From Candidatus Cloacimonas sp. (GTDB taxonomy: Bacteria; Cloacimonadota; Cloacimonadia; Cloacimonadales; Cloacimonadaceae): a stretch of DNA of 64,000 bases. The position numbers and the translations under genes are program-made. Each line of letters starts with the position of its first letter. The first letter of the stretch is position 1. This document shows, one piece after another, positions 30,856 through 39,304 of the stretch. The notes beneath the pieces are model-generated. The model was not told the origin of the DNA. It did not search any database and worked only from the letters and a program-made list of their open reading frames with translations. The stretch spans positions 31,922 to 95,921 of the forward strand of contig JBDKSF010000068.1 of assembly GCA_039680785.1 (NCBI GenBank), written 5' to 3'.

Positions 30856-32310
30856 ATGGAAGGGAGAATGAAACATTTTTGGTTAATCCTGATCTTAGTC
30901 AGTTTTACCTTGCTTAGCGCTCAAAATACCCTTTGGGTAAATGGTTCTAATGAATCACAATTTATCTATAGAACGGTTGAGGACTCTCTGCATACCTATT
31001 TTAAGGATACTTTTGGCTTCAATCTCGGTTATCGAAACTTCAGTTTTGGAATGAAGTTTATTGCCAATTTACCCAAATATTCCACAGAGCAAACGGAACT
31101 TATGGACGAATTGGATAGCAATCGTTTGGACCTTGGTTGGCAGGAATTATATGCTGCTTATGAAAAAGATGCTTACAAAATTTATGCCGGCATAACGGAA
31201 GAAAGTTTTGGCAATGGCATTGTTTTTCGCAGTTTTAAAGACCTGGAATTTGATATAGACAACCGTTTGGAGAGTTTTTTGTTTAGTTACGACGATGCTT
31301 TTAAATTCAAGGCAATTTACGGAGCGATAGAAAATCCCGATATTACAGGTAAATATGATCTTGCTTATGGTGCGGATGGCCAAACTCCATACTGGAATGG
31401 CATTTCTTTAGGCGCTTCCGCCATGGCTTTTCGTAATTTGTTGGCTACCAATATTTATAATCAACGCACCGTGTTTGCCGGTAGGTTAAGTTATTCCGCT
31501 CATAATATAGATTTACAGGCAGAAACGGCTTTCAGCGAGTTATATCATCAACCCGGCATCGGAACTAAAAATGGCAAGGCAATTTATGCAAATGGCAGTT
31601 ACTTAATTGGTCCCGTTACTTTAGGTGGCGCATATAAACAGTATGATAAATTTCAATATCGTCTAAACGACCTACCGACAGTAAATTATCATAATGAAAC
31701 CCTTTCGGATGCTTCCGCCACGGGAGAAGACGAAATTGGCTATCAGGGTTTTGGAACCGTTAATTTTACCGATTATCTAAATTTTACGGCAGATTATGCC
31801 GAAGCGTTCAACAACGCTAAAGATAAGAAAATGAACGATGCCTATTTTGCCCTTGAATATAATGCAAACTCCTTTTCTCTGCTTGCTTCTTACGGGCATA
31901 TAGAAAAAATTGATGATAATAACGATACCTGGCAACAGGAGTTAATTCCAGCATTGCAATCCAATTTCAATTTATTTGCCATTCCTCTGAAAGTGCAGCT
32001 GGAATATAAAAAGGTGTCCAAACAAAAACAGGATGTGGAAAGCGAACACTATGAACCCAAGCTGCAGACAGACCTAATTTTGGGTAAAATTTCGCTTGCT
32101 TTGTGCGCCCAAAGCAGTTGGGAAGAAATAAGTGACATTTTAGACAGTCGTTATTACCCTTCTGCGGAAATTAAATATCCACTATTTGAACATAGCGATT
32201 TAATTCTTTTCGGCGGCAAAGAAGCAGGTGGAAAAGTATGTAGAAATGGGGTTTGCCGTTATGTTGCTCCGTTTGAAGGTTTACGGATTGAGCTTAACAC
32301 CCGCTTTTAA
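30856..32310 (+). CDS. DUF6029-like outer-membrane beta-barrel protein
   Basis: signal peptide, alternating aromatic beta-strands, C-terminal 'GGKVCRNGVCRYVAPFEGLRIELNTRF' ending in F. Confidence 0.65.
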   Translation: MEGRMKHFWLILILVSFTLLSAQNTLWVNGSNESQFIYRTVEDSLHTYFKDTFGFNLGYRNFSFGMKFIANLPKYSTEQTELMDELDSNRLDLGWQELYAAYEKDAYKIYAGITEESFGNGIVFRSFKDLEFDIDNRLESFLFSYDDAFKFKAIYGAIENPDITGKYDLAYGADGQTPYWNGISLGASAMAFRNLLATNIYNQRTVFAGRLSYSAHNIDLQAETAFSELYHQPGIGTKNGKAIYANGSYLIGPVTLGGAYKQYDKFQYRLNDLPTVNYHNETLSDASATGEDEIGYQGFGTVNFTDYLNFTADYAEAFNNAKDKKMNDAYFALEYNANSFSLLASYGHIEKIDDNNDTWQQELIPALQSNFNLFAIPLKVQLEYKKVSKQKQDVESEHYEPKLQTDLILGKISLALCAQSSWEEISDILDSRYYPSAEIKYPLFEHSDLILFGGKEAGGKVCRNGVCRYVAPFEGLRIELNTRF

Positions 32311-32430
32311 AAAAATATATTTCCCGCAGATTGCGCAGATTTATTTAGTAGTTAGGATTCCTGAGGGAAGGGCAAATATATTTTTTGTCCCTTTCCCCTA
32401 ATCAGTTAATATATATAAAAAGACGAGGAT

Positions 32431-33777
32431 ATGAAAATGAAAAACATTTATCTGATATTTACTCTCTTGGTTTGCAGCATCCTTTTCGCTCAACCAACCT
32501 ATATGCCGGTAACTACGATAGCTGAAGATTTTGGAGCTACCTGGTGTATGAATTGTCCTCTTGCCTGGCAAGGTTTGCAGGCAGTTCATTCAGTTACCAA
32601 TAACAATGAATTTATCAGCGCCAGGTTATTCACGACCAGTGGAGACCTCAGCAATGCAATGGTAGAAGAAAGATTTACCTATTATAATGTAAATGGGTTA
32701 CCCAATGTTATTTTCAACGGAGCGACCTCTTTAGAAGGCATAGGTGAAGGCACCGCAAACGGAGCCGATTATCTTAATGCCCTATCCAAAACTCGCTTTG
32801 CTGCCTCCCCAATTAAAATTGTGCCAACTAATTTCAGCTTTGATAGGGGTTTGATAAGCGGCTCTGTAATAATGATTTCGCCCGATGTGTCCATTTCCAA
32901 TGCCCGGCTTGTATATTATCTGCTGGAAGATAATGTGGGAGAAGAAGATCATATTTTAAGAGGCGTTCTTTACGACGATATTGTTTCTTTAGCGGGTGTT
33001 GGCGACACCTATAATTTCAGCAAGACATTCAGTTTAGACCCTTCCTGGGTAATAAGTAATTTGTGGGGAATTGTTTTTCTGCAACTACCGGATAAGAAAA
33101 TTGTGCAAAGCATTTCATCTCTTCCTTTGCCGGAATATAATTTCCGCGTGGCGATGGATTGGAAAACTTCCATAACCTGCGATCCGAATATTAATTATCT
33201 TTCATCGCCATTCTGGTTTTTTAATCTGGGAGCAAGTGACAATTACACGATGCGTATCCAAGTGGATAATGCCCCAGCGGATTGGTATTTTAACTATTGC
33301 GACGAAGAAGGAAACTGCTATCCTGGTTCAATAGACCGTCCTTTTTCTTTGGCTGAGGGAGGATATTCATCTTTCCATCTGAATCTTATGGTTGGCTCGG
33401 CAGGAACCGCTGATTTTCATTTTGTCATTAGCAGCCCTCATATAGGTGAATATAATGTTCCTTTCCATATTTCAGCTGGAGTGCCTGTTATCGATCATAC
33501 CAATACTCCCAATATCTTGGCAATTAAGAGTTTATACCCCAATCCAATTAAAGGTAATGCCATTTTTACGCTCTCAAATCCTAAAAACAGTGGTTCTGCC
33601 ACAATTGACATTTTCAATGTAAAGGGACAAAAAGTGCAGAGTATCGATAATTGGAAGTTATCTTTGGGAGAAAACGACATCAGCTTTGTACCAGATACGA
33701 ATTTGCCCAACGGAATCTATTTTTACCGCCTGCAAAATAGTGACGCCAAAGCCGGACGCTTCCTCATTCTAAAATAA
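32431..33777 (+). CDS. Omp28-related thioredoxin-fold protein with T9SS type A-like C-terminal domain
   Basis: 'AEDFGATWCMNCP', 'GLPNVIFNG', tail 'YPNP...IDIFNVKGQKV...LPNGIYFYRL'. Confidence 0.75.
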   Translation: MKMKNIYLIFTLLVCSILFAQPTYMPVTTIAEDFGATWCMNCPLAWQGLQAVHSVTNNNEFISARLFTTSGDLSNAMVEERFTYYNVNGLPNVIFNGATSLEGIGEGTANGADYLNALSKTRFAASPIKIVPTNFSFDRGLISGSVIMISPDVSISNARLVYYLLEDNVGEEDHILRGVLYDDIVSLAGVGDTYNFSKTFSLDPSWVISNLWGIVFLQLPDKKIVQSISSLPLPEYNFRVAMDWKTSITCDPNINYLSSPFWFFNLGASDNYTMRIQVDNAPADWYFNYCDEEGNCYPGSIDRPFSLAEGGYSSFHLNLMVGSAGTADFHFVISSPHIGEYNVPFHISAGVPVIDHTNTPNILAIKSLYPNPIKGNAIFTLSNPKNSGSATIDIFNVKGQKVQSIDNWKLSLGENDISFVPDTNLPNGIYFYRLQNSDAKAGRFLILK

Positions 33778-33852
33778 GTAGATCGCCCACCGCGTAAACC
33801 CATAATCAGCGTGACTTTTACTGCTTCGTAGAAAGTCCTTCCTTGATAGTTA

Positions 33853-33913
33853 TGGTGGAAATGCAATGGTGCTATTCGGGTTTTTGCCGAATACCGCCAC
33901 CGTATTTCCACCA
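33853..33913. terminator. long imperfect hairpin between convergent operons
   Basis: TGGTGGAAAT...TATTCGG-GTTTTTG-CCGAATA...ATTTCCACCA. Confidence 0.5.
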
Positions 33914-33946
33914 TTTATTATAAGCGCCAAGTTGGCTATAACTATC

Positions 33947-36736
33947 CTATTCTATCGGTAATGCGTTTATAAAACCTGTAAAGTTGAAAGTGGCAAGAAT
34001 TGTCCCCACAATCAAGGCAACGATAATAAACACTTTGAAATAATCCGAGGCCTTTAGCATACTGACCAAATCAGGATTATGCGAAATGTAGGCGGAAGCA
34101 GCGTAAAATTCTTCTCCAATCAAAGTATAAGAACAGGTAGTAATGAAGAAAGGCACCTGGGTAATGGCATCTGTTCCAGCAATTTGAAAGGCACCCACCT
34201 GATTTCCTGTTTCCGTTAAGAGCAAAGCTTCCGCATTGAAAAATCCCATATAAAATATGGTGGCAACTCTTTCCCTGACTGTTATGCCGTTAACTCCGGC
34301 ACAGAAAGGAAACTGGTCATAAGAAATGAAGAATATGTCATTGGGATTATAGGCATCGGGACGCCCCACTTCATTAAAAGAATTTTGGATGATTTCCTGA
34401 GCCATGGGCAAAACCATATAATCACAATGCGGAGAAATTAAGCGAACATCAAATTCTGCGGCTTTTTTAGCTACCTGACCCAAAATCATCATACTGGCAA
34501 CGGTATCCGGATCTCCTAAAGTTCCCCAGCCGGGAACATACATTAAAGGACGACCCATTTCCGTGGCTCTGCCAACTGCCTCTTCAATAGATTCCAATCC
34601 AGCAATTGGTCTAATATAAACATCTCCCTTTCGACTGAGGATGATGGCATAGATTAGCAAAACCAATAGCAAAATGGAGGCACCTAAAGTGATGTATTTG
34701 GTAGAATCAAACCATTCGCTTTTAGGATAAAATACGGAAATTCCTTTAGGATTTGTGAAGGTGGCAGTGGTGATGAAATTTGCCTTTCCATCCGTTTTAA
34801 TAAGACGATAGGAATAACTGCGCATATTTTTTTCTCGCACGGAAAGCAATGATTTTAGCCAGGACTTATCAGTTTTGGCTTTCGTGGCGGCAAGATAGGC
34901 AGGATGATGGATAATAAAATTATAGGTTCCTTCTGCCTCTTGAATTGCATTTTGCAAGGATTCTGGCAGTGCGGACGCAGCATACATTTTCTTCTGATCA
35001 AGGAGTTTATCAAGCTCTGACTTTTGCTGTTTCAGGTCTTTTTCAAATTTAGTTCTATAAAGAGGAACCGCAAAGCTATAACCATTCGTAGAATCAATGG
35101 CAATCGTAAGCTGAGGATCTAAAAGCAGATATTTACCCTTGGCGTCATAATTCAAAATTCTTTCATAAACGGTGCTTTCATAAGGAATGGAATGATCGTA
35201 GGAACGGGTTAAACCATTAGTCCGATTTCCAAACATAAAATCAGGATCAAAACCGTTACGCGTAAGAACTTCGTAGTAAAGTTTATTCACGGGCTCATTT
35301 TGATAATAGATGTTTTGCCCGCGGAAGATTTTATTGTCGTTATCATAAACAATGTGCTGCTCGGTATAATCCTCAAAATTTTGTTCGTCATTGGTTCTAA
35401 CTGCAATCCGGACATTCATATTGCTAATATGTTCATATTGTTTGGGAAGCTTGATATGAACTGTTTTATCCAAATAATGTTCCGAGACCTTGCCAATTTC
35501 TTTGCCCAAAGAATCCAACACGGTAAAGCGCAATTCCTTAATTTTGTAATGCTCGTTATTGGAGACCTCATAGTTGATCTTTAAAGCGGTTTTGGCTTTA
35601 TTCAAATATAACGCCTGGCTAACAAAGACCAAAGGCCTGCCAATGGAAACGGTTAAATAATCGCCTTTATCGTTAATTTTATCGTAAACAGCTATTTTGG
35701 GCATTTTAAGCTGCTGCGCAGAATTTAGGATGCGAAAGTGTTTTGCTGGCACTGCTGCACTCTGACCCAGATAATCACTAAAAGAAAGAACGGCATAATA
35801 ATCCGCCATATTTTGTGGAAGTTCTATGCCTTCCTTTTTTGTATCTACACTGTAACAGGCATTTACCGAGCCGTAATAATTGGGAATTTGAAATAGATGC
35901 ACGGCGCTATTTTGCCAATTTTCAGTTAGGGCTCCACCGTTTGCTTGGGTTAATGTTTTCGGAACCAACCAGCCCTCCCACATTGCTATATCTGGACTGG
36001 AAGTTGGTGGATTCCACTCAAAATTAAACACTCCCGTATCTTCAAAATAAGTGCTGGAAAATATGGTGGCCGGTTCAGGAGGATTATCCTCAGGAACCAC
36101 TTTTTGAATGTCAGCATAGGGTAGATATTGCCCTCTTTCATTCACGCCCAATATTGTATAATAATATTCCTGTCCTGCTTTCGGAAAACCAAGAATGGAT
36201 TCAAAATGACGCATTTTCAAGCCAGCCATTAGGTCCTCACCCTTTTTTATGGGTGCGGAACGATGATAAAGCTTAGAATTGTTGATGGCGCCTAAAACAT
36301 TGTAACGATCCAAAACAGAAGCAAGCAATGCCGGTTGTTGAGGAAAATGACTGTATAAAGGGCTGTCTTTACTTTGCTGTTTTTCCTTTTTCAGATTTAC
36401 GGGAGCCGTTTCAAATTCAATCAACGGCTGGTCGCCTCTATCATAAAAGTATAATTCATTGGATAAAACACCCAATTTAGGATCAACTTCTATGTTGCTA
36501 AGCAAAAACAGAGAATCGGGGCTCACGCCTCTATAAATATTGTAGTATATAATGTGGTAAGATTTATCCAGTGGTTTCCATTTTAAAACTACGCCTGCAC
36601 CATCGTCATAAGGCATATCGGTAGCGCTGAATTCAGAAATTTTACCTTGCGAAATTTCCGGTTTTGCTTTATCTGTAGAAAGCAAAGAAATCCCGATCAA
36701 AAGAATGATACCGATAATTATAAGATATTTCTTCAT
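33947..36736 (-). CDS. large membrane protein, extracytoplasmic Fn3-like region plus C-terminal DUF6754-type domain (paralogue 2)
   Basis: signal peptide; 'DMPYDDGAGVVLKWKP...YNIYRG'; C-terminal 'YIRPIAGLESIEEAVGRATEMGRP...QIAGTDAITQVPFFITTCSYTLIGEEFYAASAY'. Confidence 0.7.
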   Translation of the reverse strand: MKKYLIIIGIILLIGISLLSTDKAKPEISQGKISEFSATDMPYDDGAGVVLKWKPLDKSYHIIYYNIYRGVSPDSLFLLSNIEVDPKLGVLSNELYFYDRGDQPLIEFETAPVNLKKEKQQSKDSPLYSHFPQQPALLASVLDRYNVLGAINNSKLYHRSAPIKKGEDLMAGLKMRHFESILGFPKAGQEYYYTILGVNERGQYLPYADIQKVVPEDNPPEPATIFSSTYFEDTGVFNFEWNPPTSSPDIAMWEGWLVPKTLTQANGGALTENWQNSAVHLFQIPNYYGSVNACYSVDTKKEGIELPQNMADYYAVLSFSDYLGQSAAVPAKHFRILNSAQQLKMPKIAVYDKINDKGDYLTVSIGRPLVFVSQALYLNKAKTALKINYEVSNNEHYKIKELRFTVLDSLGKEIGKVSEHYLDKTVHIKLPKQYEHISNMNVRIAVRTNDEQNFEDYTEQHIVYDNDNKIFRGQNIYYQNEPVNKLYYEVLTRNGFDPDFMFGNRTNGLTRSYDHSIPYESTVYERILNYDAKGKYLLLDPQLTIAIDSTNGYSFAVPLYRTKFEKDLKQQKSELDKLLDQKKMYAASALPESLQNAIQEAEGTYNFIIHHPAYLAATKAKTDKSWLKSLLSVREKNMRSYSYRLIKTDGKANFITTATFTNPKGISVFYPKSEWFDSTKYITLGASILLLVLLIYAIILSRKGDVYIRPIAGLESIEEAVGRATEMGRPLMYVPGWGTLGDPDTVASMMILGQVAKKAAEFDVRLISPHCDYMVLPMAQEIIQNSFNEVGRPDAYNPNDIFFISYDQFPFCAGVNGITVRERVATIFYMGFFNAEALLLTETGNQVGAFQIAGTDAITQVPFFITTCSYTLIGEEFYAASAYISHNPDLVSMLKASDYFKVFIIVALIVGTILATFNFTGFINALPIE

Positions 36737-36841
36737 TGTTTATTCCTTTTTTTTACCCAAATTCCGATAACGCAAAGGCAATGCAGAGGTCTATATAGAA
36801 TCTGCAATTATGCCGGAATTACCGGTTTTTAGGAAAAGCAG

Positions 36842-37444
36842 CTATTTCATCAATCCCAACACATCAATTACCAGAAATTGAATTCTGCCAATCAATAATG
36901 AGATACGAGCCATAACTGTTAAACCAAAAGAAGCGCCGAAACCAATCATCATATACCATTTTCCCAATTCCACAAATTTGCCATAAGCACCTGTGTGCGC
37001 TTTGGAGAAAAAGAAATATAACAAAACGGCAATTGTGCCAATCAGGATCAGAACAAGATTAACATTTTCCAGAGGAACCATCGCTTGACGCATCTGAACT
37101 AAAATTCCGGCATGAATTCCCATCGGAATGCTGAATCCGATTCCAATCATCGAAAAGGCAATTGGATAACGGGAAAGCCAACCCAGTTTACGAGAAAAAC
37201 GAAATAGATATAGTATTCCCAAAAGGCAGGGGAGAATAAGGACAAAATTATGCTTCAGAATAATCGGCTGCCAAACATAAGGAATAAATATTCTTTCATA
37301 AGTGAACACCAGCGAATATCCCAAAGAAATTCCTACCAGCAGTTGTTCCGCCATTCTATATAAAGGATTTTCTTTGTAAAGGAAGGAGAAAATGCACAGC
37401 GTAAAAAACGCAGCTACCAGATTACTTATTAATTCAAAACTCAT
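36842..37444 (-). CDS. conserved polytopic membrane protein of unknown function
   Basis: about 6 hydrophobic segments; 'TLCIFSFLYKENPLYRMAEQLLVG', 'GKWYMMIGFGASFG'. Confidence 0.75.
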   Translation of the reverse strand: MSFELISNLVAAFFTLCIFSFLYKENPLYRMAEQLLVGISLGYSLVFTYERIFIPYVWQPIILKHNFVLILPCLLGILYLFRFSRKLGWLSRYPIAFSMIGIGFSIPMGIHAGILVQMRQAMVPLENVNLVLILIGTIAVLLYFFFSKAHTGAYGKFVELGKWYMMIGFGASFGLTVMARISLLIGRIQFLVIDVLGLMK

Positions 37445-37461
37445 TTTTCCTCTCCCTTTCT

Positions 37462-38676
37462 TTACTTTTCTACCGTTTTGGCTCTTTGAATGAAGTAACC
37501 AATATTACCCAAAAGAATGAAGACAATGATCATTATATGGGCAACGGACTGTGCGTTCATTCCAATTCTGGCTACTTTGAATTTATAATCAATATTATAG
37601 GTAAGCTTATTCAGTTCCCGATAAGCATATTCGCCCATCTGATTTCTCTGCTCCGGGGTTATTTTGCTAACATCAATCACGATTTTATCTTTTTCCTGTT
37701 CCGTCAGGGAATCAAAAATAGCTTTTTGCTCAGGATATTTGGCTACGAAGGCGGCATAATCGGCAGGTGTAAATTCAGCTTTGGTCTGAGTGGTAATGTT
37801 AATTAGTTTTTTCGTGCTTTCATCATTGAGCACTTCTTTGCCGAAAGGACGGCCCGGAATGATTTTGTTGCCTTCTGCATCCATTTTTACTCTATAATCA
37901 ACTTTCGGATCACGATAAGCGGCAAAAACATCCACTAATTTTTCATATTCGGCTGCACCTTTTAATCCAGTAAGCATACCAATCAATTGACCTGATTGTA
38001 AATAGGGATATTCATCGGCAGCCATAACGGCAGTAACTCCCAAAGCTACATTCACTCCAAATTTGGGACGAGCATAATAAATCCAATAAGTTCCAGCCGT
38101 GCTTCCGGAAAATTCCACTACCAGGTTCATTTCGTTGTAATTTGTTATGCCTTTCATAATTGGCAAACTTTCCAGTTTTCTACCTTCGGCGTCGGTATTT
38201 ACGGCATTGGCAATATTATCTCCCATTCCCAAAACCAAAGCCATGGGCTGGGGCTTGAAACCAAAATTACAATAATCCACTCCGCTTTTCACATCGGGAT
38301 ATTCTTCTTTCACGGAATTGAAAGCATAGTCAATAATAGGTGCACCCGAAGTTAAAAAAGTGAGAGCGAAGACCTTGATATTGCGTTCAAAACAATGTCT
38401 GATTATGGCAATTTCCATTGGGTAAAGTTCCGGCATCGTAGAAGCATCATGTAAAAAACTTAATAACACGGCTCTATCTTCTCTGCCGGCAAAAGAATCA
38501 ATCATCTGATACAGATTTTCCGTAGGCGGAGAAGTTACATTATCCGAATTATAAGGAATCATTAAGGGAATGATAATTGCCAGAGCCACAACAATGTAGA
38601 TCCAGCGTCGGTCTAAATTTTGCATTCTTTCAAAAAAGTTCATCCTGTTTTCTCCCCTTTCCTTAATCCGTTCCAC
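37462..38676 (-). CDS. membrane-anchored protein of unknown function (N- and C-terminal TM; possibly a distant DUF6754 relative)
   Basis: 'DRRWIYIVVALAIIIP', 'ELYPM', 'GQLIGMLTGLKGAAEYEKL', 'MNAQSVAHIMIIVFILLGNIGYF'. Confidence 0.7.
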   Translation of the reverse strand: MERIKERGENRMNFFERMQNLDRRWIYIVVALAIIIPLMIPYNSDNVTSPPTENLYQMIDSFAGREDRAVLLSFLHDASTMPELYPMEIAIIRHCFERNIKVFALTFLTSGAPIIDYAFNSVKEEYPDVKSGVDYCNFGFKPQPMALVLGMGDNIANAVNTDAEGRKLESLPIMKGITNYNEMNLVVEFSGSTAGTYWIYYARPKFGVNVALGVTAVMAADEYPYLQSGQLIGMLTGLKGAAEYEKLVDVFAAYRDPKVDYRVKMDAEGNKIIPGRPFGKEVLNDESTKKLINITTQTKAEFTPADYAAFVAKYPEQKAIFDSLTEQEKDKIVIDVSKITPEQRNQMGEYAYRELNKLTYNIDYKFKVARIGMNAQSVAHIMIIVFILLGNIGYFIQRAKTVEK

Positions 38677-39292
38677 CCAAATAGGAACGTTCTATGCCCA
38701 AAAGTATTTTTAGGGAAGTTGCCACACCTCCAAGACCTACGCCAATGGCTATTCCACGCTTGGAAGCCAAATTGGGAACATCCAATATCCACTGAGAGAT
38801 TATAGGTAGGTTTTTATAAATTTTCACTCCCAAAGGCACTTGAGCCAGCATCACTACAATGGCGGCAATCAACAAAACCGTCGCTTCTGCAGAACGAGCT
38901 CTAAATGCTTTATAAGCTGCGGATGCCATATAAAATGCCAAAAGCGAAAACATCGTAGAGCTCATTGGCATTTGCATATTTTCAAATATCCACATCAACA
39001 TACTACCTTTTTGCGTTCCACCGATAAAACCGGCAAGCGATGTTATGATGAATCCACCAAAAAAGAAATAGCTATATTGCCATTTAGGAGCACGCCTTTT
39101 TATTTTACTGCTATGCATCATACACAAACTTATCACTCCCAAAAGAGCCGCCCAAGGCGCTGAAGCATAAGCCCAAGGAAGGTAAAACTTGTTGTAGAAA
39201 TCATCCTGTAAAAGTTTGTGGGGACTAAAGGCATATAACACAAAGATTATGCCCCCCACGATTACCATAATTAAAGGAATTGTTTTCTTCAT
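38663..39292 (-). CDS. conserved polytopic membrane protein of unknown function
   Basis: about 6 TM; 'STMFSLLAFYMASAAYKAFRARSAEATVLL', 'KRGIAIGVGLG...LLGIERSYLG'. Confidence 0.75.
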   Translation of the reverse strand: MKKTIPLIMVIVGGIIFVLYAFSPHKLLQDDFYNKFYLPWAYASAPWAALLGVISLCMMHSSKIKRRAPKWQYSYFFFGGFIITSLAGFIGGTQKGSMLMWIFENMQMPMSSTMFSLLAFYMASAAYKAFRARSAEATVLLIAAIVVMLAQVPLGVKIYKNLPIISQWILDVPNLASKRGIAIGVGLGGVATSLKILLGIERSYLGGTD

Positions 39293-39304
39293 TTAGGACC
39301 TCAT

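Noticed and set aside
30435-30876. repetitive minus-strand ORFs of 112 and 126 aa
   Set aside because: They are translations of the family C REP array.
28818-33777. selenocysteine (TGA) recoding in the thioredoxin-fold proteins
   Set aside because: All CxxC motifs use Cys codons and the ORFs are uninterrupted.
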